NCBI GenBank assembly: GCA_041495205.1
Contig: JBGQCF010000002.1
Coordinates: 17,097-81,096, forward strand
Direction: 5' to 3'
DNA from: Gammaproteobacteria bacterium
GTDB taxonomy: Bacteria > Pseudomonadota > Gammaproteobacteria > Burkholderiales > JAHFRG01
DNA: 64,000 bases
Positions 59,631 to 64,000 of the stretch are shown here, in pieces. A program made the position numbers and the translations under genes. Under the pieces are notes generated by a model. It was not told the DNA's origin, did no database searches, and saw nothing but the letters and a program-made list of their open reading frames with translations. Position 1 is the stretch's first letter. Each line of letters begins with the position of its first letter.

Positions 59631-60446
59631 ATGGCATCGCACGTCCAACAACAGTTTTCCGTATTGGCTGCAAGCACTGTGGCGTTCACCGTGTGCTTTG
59701 CAGTCTGGGTAATGTTCTCGATCATCGGCATCCCGATCAAAGCTGCTCTTAACCTTAACGAAACCCAATTCGGCCTTTTGGCTGCAACGCCTATATTGAC
59801 GGGCTCGCTGATACGGTTACCGCTCGGGATGCTCACCGACAAAGTGGGCGGGCGCATCGTGTATTTTGTCCTGATGCTTTCCACAGTTGTTCCGATTTAT
59901 CTGGTCGGGGAGGCGACGGAATTTTGGCAGTATCTGATCCTTGGGTTGTTTGTGGGAATTGCAGGAGGCTCATTTTCCGTGGGCATTGCTTATGTGGCGC
60001 GCTGGTTTTCCCGGGAACGCCAGGGGTTCGCTATGGGTATATTCGGTGCCGGTAACGCAGGTGCTGCGGTAACCAAATTTGTCGCTCCTACGCTTGTGGT
60101 GGCTTACGGCTGGCAGATGGTGCCAAAGGTCTATGCCATCGCCATGCTGATTACGGTTCTTCTGTTCTGGATGTTTTCCTACACTGAAGAAAGTCATCAG
60201 GTCGGGCGTTCGATTACTTTAAAGGATCAGATCACGGCGCTAAAAGATCCGCGCGTCTGGAAGTACTGCCAGTATTACTCCATCGTGTTTGGTGGTTACG
60301 TAGCACTTTCGCTCTGGATGACTAAGTATTACATCCAGGAATATGGTTTCGATATCCAGAGAGCGGCTCTCATCGCAGCCGTCTTCGTGCTGCCTTCAGG
60401 CGTAATCCGCGCCGCAGGTGGTTGGCTTTCAGACAAGTTCGGCGCA
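59631..60446 (+). pseudogene. narK: nitrate/nitrite MFS transporter NarK, 3'-truncated
   Basis: About 272 aa of NarK-like sequence ending ...GGWLSDKFGA. The reading frame then continues as non-homologous sequence overlapping the opposite-strand chaperone gene. Confidence 0.7.
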
Positions 60447-60463
60447 CCATCGGTTCCCCCATT

Positions 60464-60492
60464 TAGTGGTTCGAATCCAATCGCGCCTACCA
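60464..60492 (+). other. isolated tRNA 3'-end fragment (T-arm + acceptor strand + ACCA)
   Basis: AGTGG-TTCGAAT-CCAAT then CGCGCCT-A-CCA has exact tRNA 3' architecture, with one T-stem mismatch. No matching 5' half lies upstream. Confidence 0.55.
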
Positions 60493-60507
60493 AAAACCAT
60501 CTTATCG

Positions 60508-61233
60508 TTATACCGCCACAGGCGCATGCGGGCAGACGAACTCCTCGGCCTGCATTTCATCGAAAGGCAGCCGACCTTCCCTAAGCTGCGGCCGGACGCG
60601 CAGGCGTTTGCATTCGGCGGTCACCACTGCTTGAAGCGCGTTTGCCAACTCCAGATAAGGTGATGCGGCACTGTGTTCCCGGAAGTTATTCACCAAGGCG
60701 CCAATCCAGCGGCCGAGATGTTGTTCCAGGAAGGTTTTAGCCGCCTTTTCGGTAACCTTGCGGTTCACAAGCTGGTTTCGCGACTCGGCATAAACCTGTT
60801 TCACCAGCAACAGACTGTAATACTCAAGCTCCGTGCAGATATGATCAGGTAGATCCGGGTTCGTTGCAGAGGGCTCCACGCCGAACGCTCTATAGAATCC
60901 GCTGATATCGGCAAGCTCGTGAGTGCGACCCGCGATTCGGCGCCCGTCGCCATACGCAGTTTCGTGGAGAGAAACCGGGCCGTTGCCCAGAAACAGGCGG
61001 CTGTACTCGGCGGCCATGCTCACTTCATCGGCATTTCTAAAGGCGCGGCTGACGCGTTCGATCTCGCGTAATCCTATTGTTGATTTTTTGATATTCGAGA
61101 ACTCGCGCCGCATGGCCGCTTTATGACCCGCATCGGGATAAGAGAAACCTCGCGCCAATGCACGAAAAACAGCCGCAGCCTCCAGCAAATCCTCAAGCTG
61201 TCTCTTTTCTGCACGATCCATGATAGCCCCCAC
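60508..61233 (-). CDS. TorD/NarJ-family redox-enzyme maturation chaperone (delta)
   Basis: 241 aa; TorD-like helical pattern (FRALARGFSYPD, ELEYYSLLL). Start is GTG 61233 or ATG 61221. Confidence 0.75.
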   Translation of the reverse strand: MGAIMDRAEKRQLEDLLEAAAVFRALARGFSYPDAGHKAAMRREFSNIKKSTIGLREIERVSRAFRNADEVSMAAEYSRLFLGNGPVSLHETAYGDGRRIAGRTHELADISGFYRAFGVEPSATNPDLPDHICTELEYYSLLLVKQVYAESRNQLVNRKVTEKAAKTFLEQHLGRWIGALVNNFREHSAASPYLELANALQAVVTAECKRLRVRPQLREGRLPFDEMQAEEFVCPHAPVAV

Positions 61234-61234
61234 C

Positions 61235-62086
61235 TCACTTGCCGAGTTTCAAAGGTACCCAGCTTGACCAAGCCTTGCGTGAACCGACTTCGCGGCTTCC
61301 CCCTTCCCATACCGCAAATGCAGCGACGCTGCTGCCGCCGGGTTCAAAACGCGGAGCGTTGGCGCTCTCGGTCGCCATCGGCGTGGTGATCACCACATGC
61401 CACATGCCATTTTTCCACACTCCCTTCCCATCGGCGTGCTGGTCGGGTTTAACCGTCATGCTGCCGAAGCCTTCCGCCATCTGGTCCAGCACCGGACTTG
61501 CCTTGGGTCGGGAGATCGGGTTATCCACCCCAAGCGCTCCGGTATACGGGCGCGCGTCGGTCGTCCGCAGTACCTGGTCAGGGTACAAGTCCACCATGGC
61601 GTTGGGATAAAGATCGCGCACTTGCGGTTCGCCTTTCTCGATGTCATGTTGAAAAGCCGCCCGCCACTGAAGTATATTCACCCGCCCCCCGGGGTTTCCC
61701 ATCATCGGGCTGGGCATGGCGCCCGATTTCAGTTGAATCGGAAACTCTACCGCCACCTGGTCGCCGAATTCATCGACCACGATGCGATCGCTCTTGGTCG
61801 GGTCTTTCCACTCGATGAGCAGCGCCAGCCATTGGCCGTTGTGCGCGGCCCTCACTTTGAGTTCGCTTACCGCCGGTTTAAGGTTGTTCGGCGTAGCCAC
61901 CATTTGCGGCAGCATCGGTACGTTCACCGGCTTGGCCTGTTTCCACATCGCGGACTCCATATCCAGGATTGGCCCACTGCCTTTCATTCGGATCGCCTGC
62001 AGCACCGTTTCAGCGGGGAAAGCCGGCGCGACAGCCATGGCCATTGCGGCGGCCGCCCATAATCGATTGACCCTGTTCATTCCCAT
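61235..62086 (-). CDS. EB_dh-type haem b gamma subunit of a type II DMSO-reductase-family enzyme
   Basis: 283 aa; Sec signal peptide; similarity to the ethylbenzene dehydrogenase gamma/NxrC/DdhC type. Confidence 0.7.
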   Translation of the reverse strand: MGMNRVNRLWAAAAMAMAVAPAFPAETVLQAIRMKGSGPILDMESAMWKQAKPVNVPMLPQMVATPNNLKPAVSELKVRAAHNGQWLALLIEWKDPTKSDRIVVDEFGDQVAVEFPIQLKSGAMPSPMMGNPGGRVNILQWRAAFQHDIEKGEPQVRDLYPNAMVDLYPDQVLRTTDARPYTGALGVDNPISRPKASPVLDQMAEGFGSMTVKPDQHADGKGVWKNGMWHVVITTPMATESANAPRFEPGGSSVAAFAVWEGGSREVGSRKAWSSWVPLKLGK

Positions 62087-62095
62087 CTCCTCGCC

Positions 62096-63223
62096 TCAAG
62101 TAATATTGCTACGGTGCGTCTGGTACTTGTCGTCATAGACGACGCGCAGATAAATCGGCTCCTTCAAGGGAACGCGCACCAGTTCCGAACCTTTTTCGTC
62201 ATAGCCGATGGTGTAGCGCCCTTCCACCTTGTAATGGTGAATAATCTCCGGTGTCGCTCCAAACAGAAGCATCGCGCCCAGCAGCTTCATGTCTGCCGAG
62301 GCGTTGCGGTAGTTTTTGATTGCCTCTTCCACTCCCCCGCCGAACATCTGGTAGAGATACTGCGGTGGCACGTGTACCGGCGGAATGTAATAAACATTGG
62401 GTTCCAGCCCGAACTGCGGGTACAGTGGCTTGGCAACTTTGGCCACGTGCACGAGGTAGTCAATCGGGTTGTCCTCCCGCGCTTTGTCCGGCGGCGCGAT
62501 GAAACCCTGGGTGCGGATCTTGCCGATGCAGGTGATGGTGCACTGGGTCTGCCGGTTGTTCTCCACCGCGGGATAGCAGCCGATGCATTTTTCCGACACC
62601 CGCGTCATGGGATTGAAGTGGGTTTTCTTGTAGGGACAGCCCTTGACGCATTCGCGGTAACCGCGGCAGCGCTGCTGGTCGAGCAGCACAATGCCGTCTT
62701 CAGGCCGCTTATAGATCGACTGGCGCGGACATGAGCCGAGACATGCCGCATACGTGCAATGGTTGCAAATACGCGGCAGGTAATACATCCACTGCATGTG
62801 TGGCACCTGCAGGAAGGCGCCTTGGCCCATGTTGCTGGTGGAATCGTCTTCGCCAATGTTGGGATGCGCGTAGTCCAAATCGTCCGGCAGGTAGCCGAGG
62901 ATACGCTCCCCTGCAGGGGCCGATTCGAACAGTGTCTTGCCTTGATAGACCGGCCCGCTGATGTCCTGGACGCCGAGCTTCTCGAGGATCTTGACGTCCC
63001 AGCCGAGCGGGTAATAGCCGTAGGGCTTGGTTTCCACGTTGTTCCAGAACATCGCTTCCTGCCCGCGCCCGGAAGTCCACGTGGTCTTGCACGCCACCGT
63101 GCAAGTCTGGCAGGCGATGCACTTGTTGGTGTCCATGATCATCGCGAACTGCTTCTGGGGGCGCACACCTTCGTAGGGGTATTCCATTTCGCGCCCGATC
63201 TGCCAGTTATAAACTTTTGGCAT
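62096..63223 (-). CDS. four-cluster Fe-S beta subunit (NarH/NxrB/EbdB family)
   Basis: 375 aa; [43 protein letters not shown]...CTITC. Confidence 0.88.
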   Translation of the reverse strand: MPKVYNWQIGREMEYPYEGVRPQKQFAMIMDTNKCIACQTCTVACKTTWTSGRGQEAMFWNNVETKPYGYYPLGWDVKILEKLGVQDISGPVYQGKTLFESAPAGERILGYLPDDLDYAHPNIGEDDSTSNMGQGAFLQVPHMQWMYYLPRICNHCTYAACLGSCPRQSIYKRPEDGIVLLDQQRCRGYRECVKGCPYKKTHFNPMTRVSEKCIGCYPAVENNRQTQCTITCIGKIRTQGFIAPPDKAREDNPIDYLVHVAKVAKPLYPQFGLEPNVYYIPPVHVPPQYLYQMFGGGVEEAIKNYRNASADMKLLGAMLLFGATPEIIHHYKVEGRYTIGYDEKGSELVRVPLKEPIYLRVVYDDKYQTHRSNIT

Positions 63224-63243
63224 AGTTAGGTCTCCTTGTTTGC

Positions 63244-64000
63244 TCAGGCCTTGATAATTTTCACGAATCCGCCTTGCAGATATTGTTTCAGCGCCGGGCT
63301 CTCATTTGCGGGCCGAAGTCCCAGTGCCACCGGCCGCCACAGCCCCTTGCCGCCGATGCCGCCGTCCTCGGCCTTGGTAAACTTGGCAATAGATTCGCGC
63401 GGGGCGTTGGTGACGCAGTGCACGTCCACGTTGAAGCCCTTGGTGACTTCATTGGTCCAGGATTTGCGGGTGATCAGCGTATGTGTCTGATGGGTGGGCT
63501 TCAGCCATGAACGTGTCAGGCTCTGGTGCCCACCGTAGCGGAACAGCGCCTGGTAGTTGGTCTCCTCGTTCTTGGCCGCGCCGTCTGGCCGTGTCTCATG
63601 GGCCTTGACGGAACCGGGTGTGGCCATGTAGCCGTTGAACCACATGCGGGTGATGCCTTGCGGGGTGCCCGGATAGTAGCGCGCGCGCACCAGAAGCCGC
63701 GCCACTTTGTATTCATCTTTGCGTGCCGGGTCGTTCCAGCCGCGAAACGGCAGGTCGTTGGGGTCACCATCCACCCATACGTAGTCGCCGTCGTTGATGC
63801 CGAGCTTCCTGGCGTCAAGCGGGTTCATGTCCACGTACATTTCGCCCGAGCTTGGACTGCGTTTATCGCGCCGGTACATATCGCCAAATGGCCCGAAAAG
63901 CGCCGCCATGAAATCGGTATCGACGGGCATGGTATGGGCCCCGTGGCGGTATTTGGGTGTATGGAACACATGGTCCCATCCTTTGTCGCGCAGCGGATGT
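63244..64000 (-). CDS. molybdopterin catalytic alpha subunit, C-terminal part (gene continues beyond the window)
   Basis: The open frame runs to the window edge; C-terminal beta-barrel domain of Mo-bisPGD enzymes; directly upstream of the beta subunit gene. Confidence 0.8.
   Translation of the reverse strand, partial: HPLRDKGWDHVFHTPKYRHGAHTMPVDTDFMAALFGPFGDMYRRDKRSPSSGEMYVDMNPLDARKLGINDGDYVWVDGDPNDLPFRGWNDPARKDEYKVARLLVRARYYPGTPQGITRMWFNGYMATPGSVKAHETRPDGAAKNEETNYQALFRYGGHQSLTRSWLKPTHQTHTLITRKSWTNEVTKGFNVDVHCVTNAPRESIAKFTKAEDGGIGGKGLWRPVALGLRPANESPALKQYLQGGFVKIIKA

Noticed and set aside
32965-60492. tRNA-Ser and the 60464-60492 tRNA fragment as attL/attR direct repeats delimiting one 27-kb island.
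   Set aside because: The orientation would fit, but only the generic GGTTCGAATCC T-loop is shared. The acceptor strands (CCTCTCC vs CGCGCCT) are unrelated, so they derive from different tRNAs.

Overview
The window looks like betaproteobacterial chromosome, judged from gene content and synteny. The taxon cannot be verified here.

Positions 1-33 kb are conserved housekeeping genes: panD, tRNA-Leu, queA-tgt-yajC-secDF, purB, mnmA, aceBA divergent from icd, csp, clpSA, nadE, glnB, trxB, ftsK-lolA-rarA-serS and tRNA-Ser.

Downstream of tRNA-Ser (33-64 kb) the sequence becomes a mosaic accessory region with no intact integrase or transposase. It has four parts:
- A hypoxia/dormancy-type gene set: TonB receptor, class II B12-dependent RNR, two USPs, CBS-HPF-zinc-ribbon operon, Prs-like and APH-like proteins, a P-type ATPase, Zn-ADH and Hsp20.
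- Regulators: FNR, PAS-GGDEF, an OmpR-type response regulator, and a hybrid kinase with a stand-alone receiver.
- Gene debris: two nrdJ-like fragments, a P3-type ATPase tail and a truncated narK.
- The 3' part of a periplasmic type II DMSO-reductase-family operon (alpha partial, beta, gamma, TorD-like). Its beta subunit looks NxrB-like.

Main observations:
1. Five perfect TTGAY-N4-ATCAA FNR boxes and one with a single mismatch all lie in the accessory half, with class II promoter geometry at several genes.
2. A ~275-bp repeat with terminal inverted repeats (TIRs) and strong internal structure occurs as two full inverted copies with compensatory stem changes, plus a 46-bp TIR-only copy beside tRNA-Leu.
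3. tRNA-derived scars and an IS3-like remnant mark the mosaic junctions.

No CRISPR array, reverse transcriptase or recognisable defence system was seen.
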